64,000 bases of DNA from positions 62,001 through 126,000 of the IMG/VR virus record IMGVR_UViG_3300036770_006296; one strand, written 5' to 3'. Below are positions 40,744 through 50,920 of the stretch, piece by piece. Each line of letters starts with the position of its first letter. Within the stretch, counting starts at the first letter, position 1. The notes beneath the pieces were generated by a model. The model did no database searches and was not told where the DNA came from. It was given only the letters and a program-made list of their open reading frames with translations. Both the position numbers and the translations under genes were made by a program.

Positions 40744-41082
40744 ATGAAAGACAATTTTGATGTAACCTATGTTCCTTGCGGTTCGATAAAACCTGATAAC
40801 AAGGATTACGAAAGAGCACTCGATTTTGCATACTCGGATGATCCAGAAACACCGCAAGCATCTAAGGCGGAGAAGATGTCCAAGCTCATAAAAGATCCTC
40901 TTAAGTTAGTACGAAGATCCAAAGCCGTAGTAGGTATCTGGGGTACTGACGACTACTACAACAACAATGAAGGAACAGAAAATGTTTGGCTTCCGTTCAA
41001 GAGAGCTTTGATCGCTATGGGATTCACCCCCGATCAAATAGCGGAGATAAGTGAATTTGAAATTGACGAAGAAAATTTATAA
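40744..41082 (+). CDS. hypothetical protein
   Basis: EP upstream. Confidence 0.75.
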   Translation: MKDNFDVTYVPCGSIKPDNKDYERALDFAYSDDPETPQASKAEKMSKLIKDPLKLVRRSKAVVGIWGTDDYYNNNEGTENVWLPFKRALIAMGFTPDQIAEISEFEIDEENL

Positions 41083-41158
41083 AATAATTTCAGGAATCAT
41101 TTTTTATATTAAATAGAATTTTCTACTTTAGCTACATAAACCAATTAAATCTTTTAAC

Positions 41159-41581
41159 ATGGCTGAAAAAAATCAAACAATCACAGGAGGACTCGGCATT
41201 CGGGAAGGCTATTTCGAAGTTGCTCAAGAACGAGTCGTTAAAAAACTTAAAGACCTCGACACCATCTCTGATGCGTTAGAGGCAGTTGCGGAAGAGATCC
41301 GGGACGAGGAGTTCGGAGAGTCTAATCTTCGAGTATCTGATTACGAGAAAAAGCTTATTTTGTCGGGATTCATTATGGGATGTGTTCGCTCAGAAGCTCA
41401 GATGTCGCAAAAGCTCGACGAGCTAAAAATGATGTTTCATCTTATGGCGATGAGTAAGCAGGTCGGCACGAACAAAGACGGAAGTCCTATCTTAGGAGGT
41501 ATGATCGACGCTAAAGATATGCCGAAGGAGCTTCGAGATCTTTTAGAAAAATTATCAGGCGAGGATGACGAAGACGATTAA
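41159..41581 (+). CDS. hypothetical protein
   Basis: EP upstream. Confidence 0.75.
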   Translation: MAEKNQTITGGLGIREGYFEVAQERVVKKLKDLDTISDALEAVAEEIRDEEFGESNLRVSDYEKKLILSGFIMGCVRSEAQMSQKLDELKMMFHLMAMSKQVGTNKDGSPILGGMIDAKDMPKELRDLLEKLSGEDDEDD

Positions 41582-41711
41582 TTGGTTAAGGTGAGCAACC
41601 CGAGGGGGAAATAGGATGCCTCCTCGGGTTTTAGAAATTTCCAAAAATCATTTTTTTAATTAGAATAAAATTCTTATATTAGCTAAGTAAATCAATTAAA
41701 GATATAGAGAT

Positions 41712-41960
41712 ATGGCATCAAAAACGAAAATTAGTCATTCGGATCTTAAGAAGAAATTAAATGGTGGTTCACTAAAGTTTTATTACCGAAAGGTTGGAGG
41801 CGAGCTTAGAGAAGCACTCGGAACCTTAGACTTAAGTCGAATCCCTAGTGTTAATCAACCTAAAGGTGGAAAGGTTTCTGGAGACCAAACCGCTTACTAC
41901 GATTTGGAAGTTGGAGCATGGAGATCGGTTTCAAGCTCGCAAGAAATTTGGATAGATTAG
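41712..41960 (+). CDS. DUF2693/WYL_2 paralog
   Basis: FYYRKVGGELREALGT...YYDLEVGAWRS. Confidence 0.75.
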   Translation: MASKTKISHSDLKKKLNGGSLKFYYRKVGGELREALGTLDLSRIPSVNQPKGGKVSGDQTAYYDLEVGAWRSVSSSQEIWID

Positions 41961-41962
41961 TC

Positions 41963-42247
41963 ATGGCGAAAAAAATTAAGGACGAAGAAATAATGCACGA
42001 GCTCTATAGAAGAGCTTTTGCTGTGAGTACGCCTCCGGGTGATTTTGATGAGTTAATGACTAAAGCAGAGATCAACGAGTTTGGACAAAAAGTAATTCCT
42101 TTTATGGACTACGAATGTCCGCACGAAGTAATGGAAAAAATACTAGAGGATGCGATGGTTGAATTCAAAGTACCTAAGCATAGAATCAAGGCTTTCTCAT
42201 TTAACTTCTGGCTTGGATGTTCACCTAAATCAGCCCAACCAAAATGA
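41963..42247 (+). CDS. hypothetical protein (start corrected)
   Basis: ATG 2 nt after the previous stop. Confidence 0.75.
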   Translation: MAKKIKDEEIMHELYRRAFAVSTPPGDFDELMTKAEINEFGQKVIPFMDYECPHEVMEKILEDAMVEFKVPKHRIKAFSFNFWLGCSPKSAQPK

Positions 42248-42380
42248 TGAAATCATTTTTTTCAATTAATAGAATTTTCTACATTAGCTATGTAACCCAA
42301 TTAGGTCTTGTTAAGTATCACCAGAGAGATGATATGATGAGTCTGGTAAGGTTCCAGGCGACAAACTAAAAGTAAAGAAT

Positions 42381-42563
42381 ATGAGACGCTACAATCCAAA
42401 CAATTTAATAATTTCAATTTTAGCTGTAATCGGGATCTCTTTTGCATTTGAGAGCTATCCAATTATTGTAGGTCTTGTTTCTTTCGGTGTTGGGATAGCT
42501 TACAAATCCCTTTCCTGGGAGAAAGGGAATTCAGACAAGAAGATCGGAGACGTCCTTGATTAA
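42381..42563 (+). CDS. small membrane protein
   Basis: Two hydrophobic segments. Confidence 0.55.
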   Translation: MRRYNPNNLIISILAVIGISFAFESYPIIVGLVSFGVGIAYKSLSWEKGNSDKKIGDVLD

Positions 42564-42728
42564 CTTGTAAGTAGGTAAAAAGATTAGGCTTCCTTATGGA
42601 AGCCTTTTTTGTGTGGTAAATCCTAGGGTCTGCATGGAGATGCACTGGGGAACCCCAGGAAGTTTGAGCAGGAATCATTTTTTTCTTCATGTAGAATTTT
42701 CTACATTTGTATTGTAACCAATTACAAT

Positions 42729-42983
42729 ATGAATATGAAATTACTAAAATTAAGAAGAGTTAAAAGAGGTCCATTCAATTTTTATGAGAGAGGAGGATAC
42801 ACTAGCTCTAATGTAGTAGAGGTAAAACTTTTCTTCTTATTCATCCCAATCAAAACAGTACGCGTTTATCGTGAATCCTATATTGGTAAAATGGAGCCTC
42901 TCGAGGATTTAAGTTTTAAAGCAAAAACTTTTAGATACGTCGAGGCTTTGGGTGTTGTTGCTTCAATAATACTTAACAAATGA
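42729..42983 (+). CDS. hypothetical protein
   Basis: EP upstream. Confidence 0.65.
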   Translation: MNMKLLKLRRVKRGPFNFYERGGYTSSNVVEVKLFFLFIPIKTVRVYRESYIGKMEPLEDLSFKAKTFRYVEALGVVASIILNK

Positions 42984-43327
42984 CGAAAGTAACTATAGGT
43001 GATTTAGAATATGACTTATCTCATAGGGAAAGTATGACCTTCGAAGAAGCAAAGTCTCTTTGCATTGATGGATGGAGAATACCAAAGATTGAAGAGCTAG
43101 CTATATTAGGTTCAGAATACTACGTTAAAGGTAAAAAGATTTTCTTAGGTGGAAGACATTTCTCTCCTAGATTATATTGGACGCCAGGTATGGTTAAGAA
43201 TATGAGAGGTGGACTCATAGACGAAACAAAAGGATGGTCCACTCTATTCTATTTTGATCTTAATTGTGGATGGTTCATTTCACCTCACGAGAACAAGCAT
43301 TTTCTAATATTGGTTAGGAATATTTAG
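42980..43327 (+). CDS. DUF1566/Lcl-like protein
   Basis: MTFEEAKSLCIDGWRIPKIEEL...YWT. Confidence 0.55.
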   Translation: MTKVTIGDLEYDLSHRESMTFEEAKSLCIDGWRIPKIEELAILGSEYYVKGKKIFLGGRHFSPRLYWTPGMVKNMRGGLIDETKGWSTLFYFDLNCGWFISPHENKHFLILVRNI

Positions 43328-43389
43328 AAATCATTTTTTATATTAAATAGAATTTTCTACATTTACATTAACCAATTAAAACAGTAACT

Positions 43390-43593
43390 ATGACACCAAA
43401 AGCAAAAGAGGTATTTATTAACGTAACTCCTCAAGATGAATTGAACCAAAGAATCGCTGATGCTGCAGCAAACTGCGAGGAGTTAATCCACAACCTTCGT
43501 TTAAGCTATGATATCCAACCTAACAAGAGGTTATCCGATATCATCATAGCTCAGGAGGTGTCATTAAGGGAACTTAAAGCCCTTGTAAAATAA
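43390..43593 (+). CDS. small coiled-coil protein
   Basis: EP upstream. Confidence 0.7.
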   Translation: MTPKAKEVFINVTPQDELNQRIADAAANCEELIHNLRLSYDIQPNKRLSDIIIAQEVSLRELKALVK

Positions 43594-43708
43594 GCGGGGA
43601 CCCTCCCAGGAGGCCACGCGTATACGTGCGTAGCAATAGATAAGATCAGGAATCATTTTTTTATTCAGTTAGAGTTTTCTACATTAGCATTATTAAACAA
43701 ACGAAACT

Positions 43709-44029
43709 ATGAAATATTTTGGAATTGCAGATGCCCACGGAATTGAAAGCTTCATTAAAGGAGACCCAACCGAGGGAGAACACTCTCATCAAGCTATGAT
43801 TCTAAACCTTAGAGCAGGAGCTAACCGTCACAGACACGCTGTAGTCTATGTGGTTGACATACCAGAAGACACTGCAGAAGAGGTAGATGATCTTATCATT
43901 GCTGGTAATTATATAGGTGCATTAGAACATCTAAAAGATTCAGTGAAATCCCTTCAACTAACTAGTCTACCCGGCGCAGAAAAGAGCTGGGGACTTATCC
44001 CGAATCCAGATTTGGATCCTTACAACTAG
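43709..44029 (+). CDS. hypothetical protein
   Basis: EP upstream. Confidence 0.75.
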   Translation: MKYFGIADAHGIESFIKGDPTEGEHSHQAMILNLRAGANRHRHAVVYVVDIPEDTAEEVDDLIIAGNYIGALEHLKDSVKSLQLTSLPGAEKSWGLIPNPDLDPYN

Positions 44030-44182
44030 GCGGAACCTGTCCGCTGCGGCCTGGGTGAATCACCCAGGCTTTTTTGTGCGCTAAGGTTTCCGAATGATTC
44101 TTTGATTCGCTCTCTGGGGAACCCCAGGAATCTTGATCAGAAATCATTTTTTTATTTGTAGAAAAATCCATACATTAGCTAC

Positions 44183-44512
44183 ATGAAAGATAAGGATATA
44201 CTAGCGAGAATAAAAGAACTATCAAATGAAGATTGGTTCCAGAACGGTGATGATTCACCGGAAGAGGTCTACGAGGAGCTTTACGGGATAGAAGCTGAAA
44301 ACGATGATCTTGCATATCTTCTCGAGTTAACTATTGGTGGACCGGGATACTCGGATGTTTGGCTTTCACGAGGTGTACTTATAGGAGATGTGCTTGCTTA
44401 CGGAGATGGATTAGAAGAGGGTGAGGAAGTTACTGAGGATGATATCTACGAAGATAATCAAATGTTTATTGCGGAAAGAAGAATGGGTTTACTTGATGAA
44501 ATAATTTTGTAA
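44183..44512 (+). CDS. highly acidic protein
   Basis: E/D-rich. Confidence 0.75.
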   Translation: MKDKDILARIKELSNEDWFQNGDDSPEEVYEELYGIEAENDDLAYLLELTIGGPGYSDVWLSRGVLIGDVLAYGDGLEEGEEVTEDDIYEDNQMFIAERRMGLLDEIIL

Positions 44513-45372
44513 TGGGATTAACTAAAGATCAAATAGAATGGCTAAATAGCTGCCACGGATGGGCTGGTCTAAAAAAGACTAAATGGACATTTAACGAAGA
44601 AACCGGACTAGTAGACGTAGAGGGTGATTTTATAACCCCCAATTCATATGGTTCTTGTAAAGCTTTAGGACGGAAAGGAGGTGGTGGATATGGAGGTATT
44701 AAGGATTTTATGGGTATTAAATTCGGTACTGTTACTGGGACCTTCGATTGCTCGTATAACAATCTAACAAATATAGAGGGAGCGCCTATTTACGTAGGAG
44801 GGGATTTCGATTGCTCATATAACAAACTCACAAGCTTAGTGGGAGCACCACAAGAAGTTGGAGGTTCCTTCAGTTGTATAGATAATAATCTCACAAGTCT
44901 TATTGGATCTCCTCGAAGGGTTAAGCTTCACTTCCACTGTGCTTATAACAAACTACCAAATCTAGTAGGAGCTCCTATGTACGTGGGAGGGGATTTCTGG
45001 TGCACTGATTTATCCAATGATCTACATATAGAAAGTCTGCACGGAGCAGAAGAATGTATAATAGGTGGAGATTTCGATTGTCATTACAACAAATTGAAAG
45101 ATTTAAAAGGTGCTCCTAGATTAATTTACGGTCAATTTATGGTCTATGGTAATTACGAAGGAAATTACAAAAGAGTTAAAAAAGATACATTCATTCTAAT
45201 AACTAGTACAATGAAAGAAAAAAATCTAGACTATTTTGGCGCTTTGTGCTTATTAAAAGATTCCCTCGATAAGAAGGAATGGAATAAGTTATCTAAAGGT
45301 ATAGACGAAAGATTGTCGAAAGAAGCCCAGAAGGGTCTTAGAATGTTGGACAAGTTTAAAATTTTTGAATAA
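44512..45372 (+). CDS. LRR-21 family protein with KG-tag
   Basis: GDFDCSYNKLTSLVGAP repeats; ends KGLRMLDKFKIFE. Confidence 0.9.
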   Translation: MGLTKDQIEWLNSCHGWAGLKKTKWTFNEETGLVDVEGDFITPNSYGSCKALGRKGGGGYGGIKDFMGIKFGTVTGTFDCSYNNLTNIEGAPIYVGGDFDCSYNKLTSLVGAPQEVGGSFSCIDNNLTSLIGSPRRVKLHFHCAYNKLPNLVGAPMYVGGDFWCTDLSNDLHIESLHGAEECIIGGDFDCHYNKLKDLKGAPRLIYGQFMVYGNYEGNYKRVKKDTFILITSTMKEKNLDYFGALCLLKDSLDKKEWNKLSKGIDERLSKEAQKGLRMLDKFKIFE

Positions 45373-45432
45373 ATCATTTTTTTCTTTATGTAGAATTTTC
45401 TACATTAGCTGTGTAACCAAATAAAAAATAAT

Positions 45433-45981
45433 ATGAGTAACCATCTAAACCCCCACGGAGCCACAGCACAAGAACTAAAGGAACAAGAATTATTAGACTC
45501 ATTATTACACGCAGAATTTGCATGGAACGATTCAAAGACCTTAGAAGAAAAGAAACAAGCATTAGCTCAAGTCAACCTCGCTTTAGAGGCTATCGAAAAG
45601 TTCGAAGAGGAGAAAAAAGCAAAACCTAAAAGACCAAATCTTTATTTCGATGTAGATCCCTCGCTTATCCCTATGATGATGCAAGAGATGGAAGCTCGTG
45701 TAGCACGCCATGAAAGATTACAAAATTGGCAAAATCCTGAATGGATGGATAGACAAGCTGAGGAGTTTAGTAACTTGAAAGAGATGGGTTACTCCGAAAG
45801 CGAAGCAGAGAAATACGTAGGTATACTCGGTAATTCCGTAAAGGAGGTAAAAGAAATCTTGGACTTAGAAGCCAAAGACTACTCGCAATTGAATTGGTGC
45901 CATCCGATCGACGACTATGATTTTGATATCAACCCAGTAGATGAGTGGGACAATCAATCTTGGGCAGAACAAAGAGGGTAA
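45433..45981 (+). CDS. hypothetical protein
   Basis: EP upstream. Confidence 0.75.
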   Translation: MSNHLNPHGATAQELKEQELLDSLLHAEFAWNDSKTLEEKKQALAQVNLALEAIEKFEEEKKAKPKRPNLYFDVDPSLIPMMMQEMEARVARHERLQNWQNPEWMDRQAEEFSNLKEMGYSESEAEKYVGILGNSVKEVKEILDLEAKDYSQLNWCHPIDDYDFDINPVDEWDNQSWAEQRG

Positions 45982-46045
45982 AATCATTTTTTTCTTTAAA
46001 TAGAATTTTCTACATTTATAGAGTAACCAAATAAAAATTAAAGTA

Positions 46046-46588
46046 ATGGAGAACACACAAGAAGAAAACGCGAGAAAAGGTGAAGCGATGCTAACCAAAT
46101 TCGGAGTAATTAAAAAAATCGGGGTTTATTGCTACGATGTTACAATAGAGAATCATAATGGAGCGGTAGGTACAATATCGAGTGAAGAGGAGCAATTAAT
46201 CATAATCGGTATTAACGAAGAATCTTTAGAAGAGAGAACTAAGGAAGAACACTACGAAGACGATGGATTCATGAGATCAACTACATATTCCTTAGTATTC
46301 AAAGAAGAAGGTTGGACCTCCGACGAGGTCATGGAAAGATTTAATCTAAGCGAATATGAGATAGAGGAAATCCTAGATGGGGAAAACCTTGAATTAGATG
46401 ATTGGGACTTAAGAGATACATATTATTTTGATGAGTGTAAGCTCTCAATTAAAGAGTTAAGGGAGAAAAGAAAGATCGATTCAGAACCTTTCGATGCCGA
46501 CGAGATCATAAGCAAGATTGCTAGCGAGTATGTTCTTACTACAAGAAGAAAAGCATCGCTTGTTAAAAGTATTAAAAAATTATCCTAA
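46046..46588 (+). CDS. acidic protein with N-terminal KG-tag
   Basis: ARKGEAMLTKFGVI; ends paralogous to 47778. Confidence 0.85.
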   Translation: MENTQEENARKGEAMLTKFGVIKKIGVYCYDVTIENHNGAVGTISSEEEQLIIIGINEESLEERTKEEHYEDDGFMRSTTYSLVFKEEGWTSDEVMERFNLSEYEIEEILDGENLELDDWDLRDTYYFDECKLSIKELREKRKIDSEPFDADEIISKIASEYVLTTRRKASLVKSIKKLS

Positions 46589-46604
46589 ACTAAAAACGTA
46601 ACAA

Positions 46605-46970
46605 ATGGCAAAGTGTAATAATTGTAAAGGAGAAATGAAGAGGACAAAAAAATTAACAACCTGCGACTTAACAGGAACCCATCAATATATCGAATTCGGA
46701 GAATGTGATTGTGACGACATTTCAGGAAGAATGATAGATTTCGGAGAGAAACCATATTACGAAGAGGTACAGGCTAAAAAAAAGCTTTATCCACCTCATA
46801 TTCAAAGAAAGATCGATCAGCTTGAAGAGCTAGAAGAAATGAATGCTGCTTTAGGACTTCATGATAAGATAGATTCGATTAGACATTTGATTGCTAAAGA
46901 GATCGAAGAGGAAGCAAAAAAAGAAGCACAAGTTTCAAACAAAAGGATAGAATCCGGAGGGTTCATGTAG
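46605..46970 (+). CDS. Zn-ribbon protein
   Basis: CNNC...C...CDC. Confidence 0.7.
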   Translation: MAKCNNCKGEMKRTKKLTTCDLTGTHQYIEFGECDCDDISGRMIDFGEKPYYEEVQAKKKLYPPHIQRKIDQLEELEEMNAALGLHDKIDSIRHLIAKEIEEEAKKEAQVSNKRIESGGFM

Positions 46971-47211
46971 ACATGAACGTAATTATATAGCCGCTGCAAA
47001 ACCGAGGGGTGGAGAGATGGCAAACTAAGAGAGGACTTTTAAGTCCTCTTTTTTTGTGTGGTAAGCCAAAGGGTCAAAGGGCAGATCTAGATGCACTGGG
47101 GAACCCCAGGAAGTCTGATCCAGCTTAACCTATAGGTTTATTTTTTTAGAATCATTTTTTTATCTGTAGAAAATTCTATATATTAGCTAAGTAACCAATT
47201 AAAACAATAGT

Positions 47212-47754
47212 ATGAAAAGAGTTAATTTAGTAGAAATTTTAGGGGCAGATATATTAGATATATTCAATCGCTCCAGGTATCACTCCAGTCTAGAAAGATT
47301 TAGTGTCTTTGCAGTAGCATCAGACCTTTCTCCTTCTTCCGCAGATTTTATAGAGGAGGTTAAATCTTTAGCGGGATCATATGCCTTTAACTTCTTCCGT
47401 CATATGAGTCTCGAGAAATCAAAAAAGCTATTAGAAAAAGCACAAACTATAGAAGAGATAGAAGATATCATTAAAGAAGAGCTAACTGACTACAGAGACG
47501 GAGACGACGAATATCGGGAGACCTTGGGGATATTCGTAACAGAAATTAAAAATCCGGACATATTAGATGGACTAGTTCATCTTCCCGAAAATTCTTTTAG
47601 TTGTGATGTTGATGTGGAGTCAAGAATAAAAGAGCTTAAGAGTGATGAAAATTTTAAAGAAGCTCTTGAGCTAACCGAATCTTTTAATGAATTAAAAGAT
47701 CTGATAAATAATAATGGACCCAGCAAATACCAAGAAATTCTCGGAAATAGCTAA
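47212..47754 (+). CDS. hypothetical protein
   Basis: EP upstream. Confidence 0.75.
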   Translation: MKRVNLVEILGADILDIFNRSRYHSSLERFSVFAVASDLSPSSADFIEEVKSLAGSYAFNFFRHMSLEKSKKLLEKAQTIEEIEDIIKEELTDYRDGDDEYRETLGIFVTEIKNPDILDGLVHLPENSFSCDVDVESRIKELKSDENFKEALELTESFNELKDLINNNGPSKYQEILGNS

Positions 47755-47777
47755 GTAACCAATTAAAAATTAGAGTA

Positions 47778-48260
47778 ATGAAGAGCACACAAGAAGAAAA
47801 CGCTAGAAAAGGTGAAGCGATGCTAACAACATTTGAGGTAATTAAAAAAATATACGTATCACCATATATTATTGAAGGCGAGGATGAGCGGGAAATACAT
47901 GTAGTATTATTAGGTGCTAAGGAAGAAGATTTAGAAGATTTTTTCGAAAGAAATGATGACGATGCTGATATCATTGGTACGCCTGAAATTATAGAGATGC
48001 TGCGATCAGAGGCAGAAGAAAGGTACGGGAAGGATCGGATAGAATATATTTTAGGAGCAAGAGATGGATACGTTGATTGGATTCACGGTGAGAATATTTT
48101 TGTCGAAACTCTGATGCCCATAGAAGAATTAAGAGAAAAAAGAAGAATTGAGTCTGAGCCTTTCGATGCTGAGGAGATCATAAGAAAGATTGCTAGCGAA
48201 TATGTTATTACCCAGAGAAGAAAAGAATCGCTTATTGAAATTATAAATAAATTACTCTAG
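47778..48260 (+). CDS. acidic protein with N-terminal KG-tag
   Basis: ARKGEAMLTTFEVI. Confidence 0.85.
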   Translation: MKSTQEENARKGEAMLTTFEVIKKIYVSPYIIEGEDEREIHVVLLGAKEEDLEDFFERNDDDADIIGTPEIIEMLRSEAEERYGKDRIEYILGARDGYVDWIHGENIFVETLMPIEELREKRRIESEPFDAEEIIRKIASEYVITQRRKESLIEIINKLL

Positions 48261-48314
48261 ATCATTTTTTTCTTTGTAGAAAATTCCATATATTAGCTAA
48301 GTAAATCAATCAGA

Positions 48315-48662
48315 ATGAAATGTCAAAGATGCGGTAACGAGGCCAAGGCACACACGATGTCTATGTTCAATGTACAAACTATTTGTTTACCTTGTAAGGA
48401 GATCGAGAAGAAGCATCCTAAATATGAAGAAGCTTGTAAAACCGATCTCGAATATATTAGGGCAGGCGACTATAACTTTCCTGGTATCGGTTGGGATGCT
48501 TTGACGTACGAGGAAAGGATAGCTTGGTTCGTTAGCAAGTATTACGAGAGTGGTATGGAATACCAGAGCTTACTCGTTACTATGAAGGACGAAGACCTTG
48601 ACAATTTCAAATGGTACGATGACGTGATTAAGTTTCCTAAATATAGATGCGAAATTAAATAG
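48315..48662 (+). CDS. Zn-binding hypothetical protein
   Basis: CQRC...MSMFN..ICLPC...NFPGIGW. Confidence 0.75.
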   Translation: MKCQRCGNEAKAHTMSMFNVQTICLPCKEIEKKHPKYEEACKTDLEYIRAGDYNFPGIGWDALTYEERIAWFVSKYYESGMEYQSLLVTMKDEDLDNFKWYDDVIKFPKYRCEIK

Positions 48663-48664
48663 CT

Positions 48665-48910
48665 ATGATAATAATTGACGCAGACTACACTCCAGAATCT
48701 TCAGCGAAACAAGCAGAAAAAGAGTTTGGTAATATGTTGCCACTAGGTATGAAATTTAGAATTGGTACTACACCTAGAGGTAGAAAAAGATTGCAGATTA
48801 AAGAGGGAAGAAAACTAGTGTTTGAATTTAGTACCATCATCGGACAGAAAGATTACCTAACTCGTGATAAGGTTAAGCACGCATTAGAATATATTAAAAA
48901 ATACGGGTAA
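48665..48910 (+). CDS. hypothetical protein
   Basis: Coupled ORF. Confidence 0.7.
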   Translation: MIIIDADYTPESSAKQAEKEFGNMLPLGMKFRIGTTPRGRKRLQIKEGRKLVFEFSTIIGQKDYLTRDKVKHALEYIKKYG

Positions 48911-48911
48911 C

Positions 48912-49247
48912 ATGGCAGAGAAAATAGACCCACTAAAAATTGCAAGGTCCTCCAGAGACATGGACGTGAAAGGACTCGTAGGATTCTTTTATGCACACCA
49001 AAGTAAGTTCTGGTCGTGGGGACCGCACAATTTTGTAGATATAAAAAGTAGAGGCTTACGCTTTAATGTTCAAGGACACCACCACACTGGACATGTGTAT
49101 CTGTTCGTCAATGGATTGGACTTGTTCGATATTTACCTTACCTCATCCCATGGTACGATAAAAGAAACTATAAATGATATTTACTTAGACGATTTGTTTG
49201 ATACTCTTGATAAGAAGATCGAGTGGATTGATATCTATGAAGATTAA
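48912..49247 (+). CDS. hypothetical protein
   Basis: Coupled ORF; stop abuts EP. Confidence 0.75.
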   Translation: MAEKIDPLKIARSSRDMDVKGLVGFFYAHQSKFWSWGPHNFVDIKSRGLRFNVQGHHHTGHVYLFVNGLDLFDIYLTSSHGTIKETINDIYLDDLFDTLDKKIEWIDIYED

Positions 49248-49312
49248 GAAATCATTTTTTTCTTTAGGTAGAAATTTCTATATTAGCTAGGTAACCAATT
49301 AAAATAATAAAA

Positions 49313-49777
49313 ATGGATAATAAAGTTTTTGTTCTCTCTTATTACAATGGATATTATGATGAGTGGAAAAAGAAAAAAACCTATTCAAACTATAACGAAG
49401 TCCTGAAATTTTTATGGAAAAAATTTACTAAATCAACGAAGAAAGACTTTTATGGGAATCCAATGGAACCTGAAGTAAACAGTTATACTTTTGAGGATAC
49501 TATTTATTGTAGTTATCTTGAAAGTACCGAAGAGGGAGCTGAAATTCTCAAAAAATCGAATTCTTGGAAAGAATTTTTAGAAGCTATAAAAGATGTTGAT
49601 TGTATAGAATCTTTCTGCTTGGACGAATTTTCTTCTAAAGATAAAGCGATAGTTGGTGAGGTAGGAGACGGAATTGAAATAAGTCAAGCTCAGATTTTAT
49701 TAGACCTTGATCTATCCGAAGGACTTAATAACCTATATGATTTTAATAAATTCAAAAAGAATTATTTGTCTTGTTAA
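49313..49777 (+). CDS. hypothetical protein, paralog of 61536..62153 without CTS
   Basis: ILKKSNSWKEFL and ISQAQILLD motifs. Confidence 0.8.
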   Translation: MDNKVFVLSYYNGYYDEWKKKKTYSNYNEVLKFLWKKFTKSTKKDFYGNPMEPEVNSYTFEDTIYCSYLESTEEGAEILKKSNSWKEFLEAIKDVDCIESFCLDEFSSKDKAIVGEVGDGIEISQAQILLDLDLSEGLNNLYDFNKFKKNYLSC

Positions 49778-49794
49778 TCAATTAAAATAATATC

Positions 49795-49986
49795 ATGGGA
49801 ACAAAAAATGTTTATGTCTTAGTCCACTCTAATCCGGATTACGTGAATGTTGAAGTTTATGAAAAAGAGGAGGATGCGATACAAGCTCTTGAAGAGTTAG
49901 CAAATGAGTACGATATGGAAGTGGACGGGAGTGAAGCTTTTGGAGACGAAGATCATGCTATAGTAGAAGAGAAGGAAGTGATATAA
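49795..49986 (+). CDS. small acidic protein
   Basis: A-rich leader. Confidence 0.7.
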   Translation: MGTKNVYVLVHSNPDYVNVEVYEKEEDAIQALEELANEYDMEVDGSEAFGDEDHAIVEEKEVI

Positions 49987-50074
49987 AATAATTTCAATTA
50001 TTTTTCAGAATCATTTTTTTATTCATGTAGAAATTTCTATATTTGTAATGTTAATCAATTAAACAAAAACAATT

Positions 50075-50920
50075 ATGAAACATCACATTTTTCAGCAATC
50101 AGTTACAGGACGTAACGAAGTAGTAGACGCTTACCTAAGCGAAATCAACAAAATCTCGATGGTCAATCCGGACGAGGAAAAAGTTCTTTGCGACCGTATC
50201 ATCTCTGGCCAGAATGGCTTAGACGAAAAGGCTCGTCAAAGATTTGTCGAGGGCAACTTAAGATTTGTCGTATCGGTTGCGAAACAGTACCAAGGTTCGG
50301 GACTAGAGTTAATGGACTTAATCAACGAAGGGAATGTCGGCTTAGTTAAAGCTTCCCAACTATTCGACCCGACCAGAGGTATACGTTTCATCTCATTTGC
50401 AGTTTGGTGGGTTCGCCAGGCAATCATGGAGTCGCTAAAAGAGAAAGGGCGTTTGGTAAAACTCCCTCTAAATCAAATCAACGCTCAAAAGAAAATCTCC
50501 CGTGAAATGGACCAAATCCTAAAGACGGAAGGGTTCACATCGGTTGACTTGGCAGCGGCTTCTTTAGGACTCGAGCCGGAAAAATACCAAACACAATCTT
50601 CAGTTTCGCTAAGTACACCTATCGGAGAAGAAGACTTCACACTAGGCGATACTCTATCAGACGGAACAGTTTCAGATGAGGGATTAGAAAAACTAAGTTT
50701 TATCAAACAGATATCCGCAGTACTTAAAACGTTAGAGGAAAGAGAAAGCTTCGTAATCTCTAACTGGTTCGGAGTCAACGGTCAGTCACAAAGACCAAAA
50801 AGCGATATTGCAAAAGACCTCGGAATCTCAGAAGAGCGAGTAGAACAAATCTACCACAAAGCAATTCGCAAACTCAAAGCTTCTAACCGCTCTCGCCTAC
50901 TAAAACATTTTGTTTCATAG
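50075..50920 (+). CDS. RNA polymerase sigma70 factor, Bacteroidota RpoD/SigA-like
   Basis: NLRFVVSVAKQY, DLINEGNVGL, FDPTRG.RFISFAVWWVRQAI; region 4 HTH. Confidence 0.93.
   Translation: MKHHIFQQSVTGRNEVVDAYLSEINKISMVNPDEEKVLCDRIISGQNGLDEKARQRFVEGNLRFVVSVAKQYQGSGLELMDLINEGNVGLVKASQLFDPTRGIRFISFAVWWVRQAIMESLKEKGRLVKLPLNQINAQKKISREMDQILKTEGFTSVDLAAASLGLEPEKYQTQSSVSLSTPIGEEDFTLGDTLSDGTVSDEGLEKLSFIKQISAVLKTLEERESFVISNWFGVNGQSQRPKSDIAKDLGISEERVEQIYHKAIRKLKASNRSRLLKHFVS

Noticed and set aside
37247-44046. GCGGA...CCTGTCCGCT hairpins after stops at ~37247 and ~44030
   Set aside because: Only two copies, both next to terminators; too little evidence for a separate RNA class.
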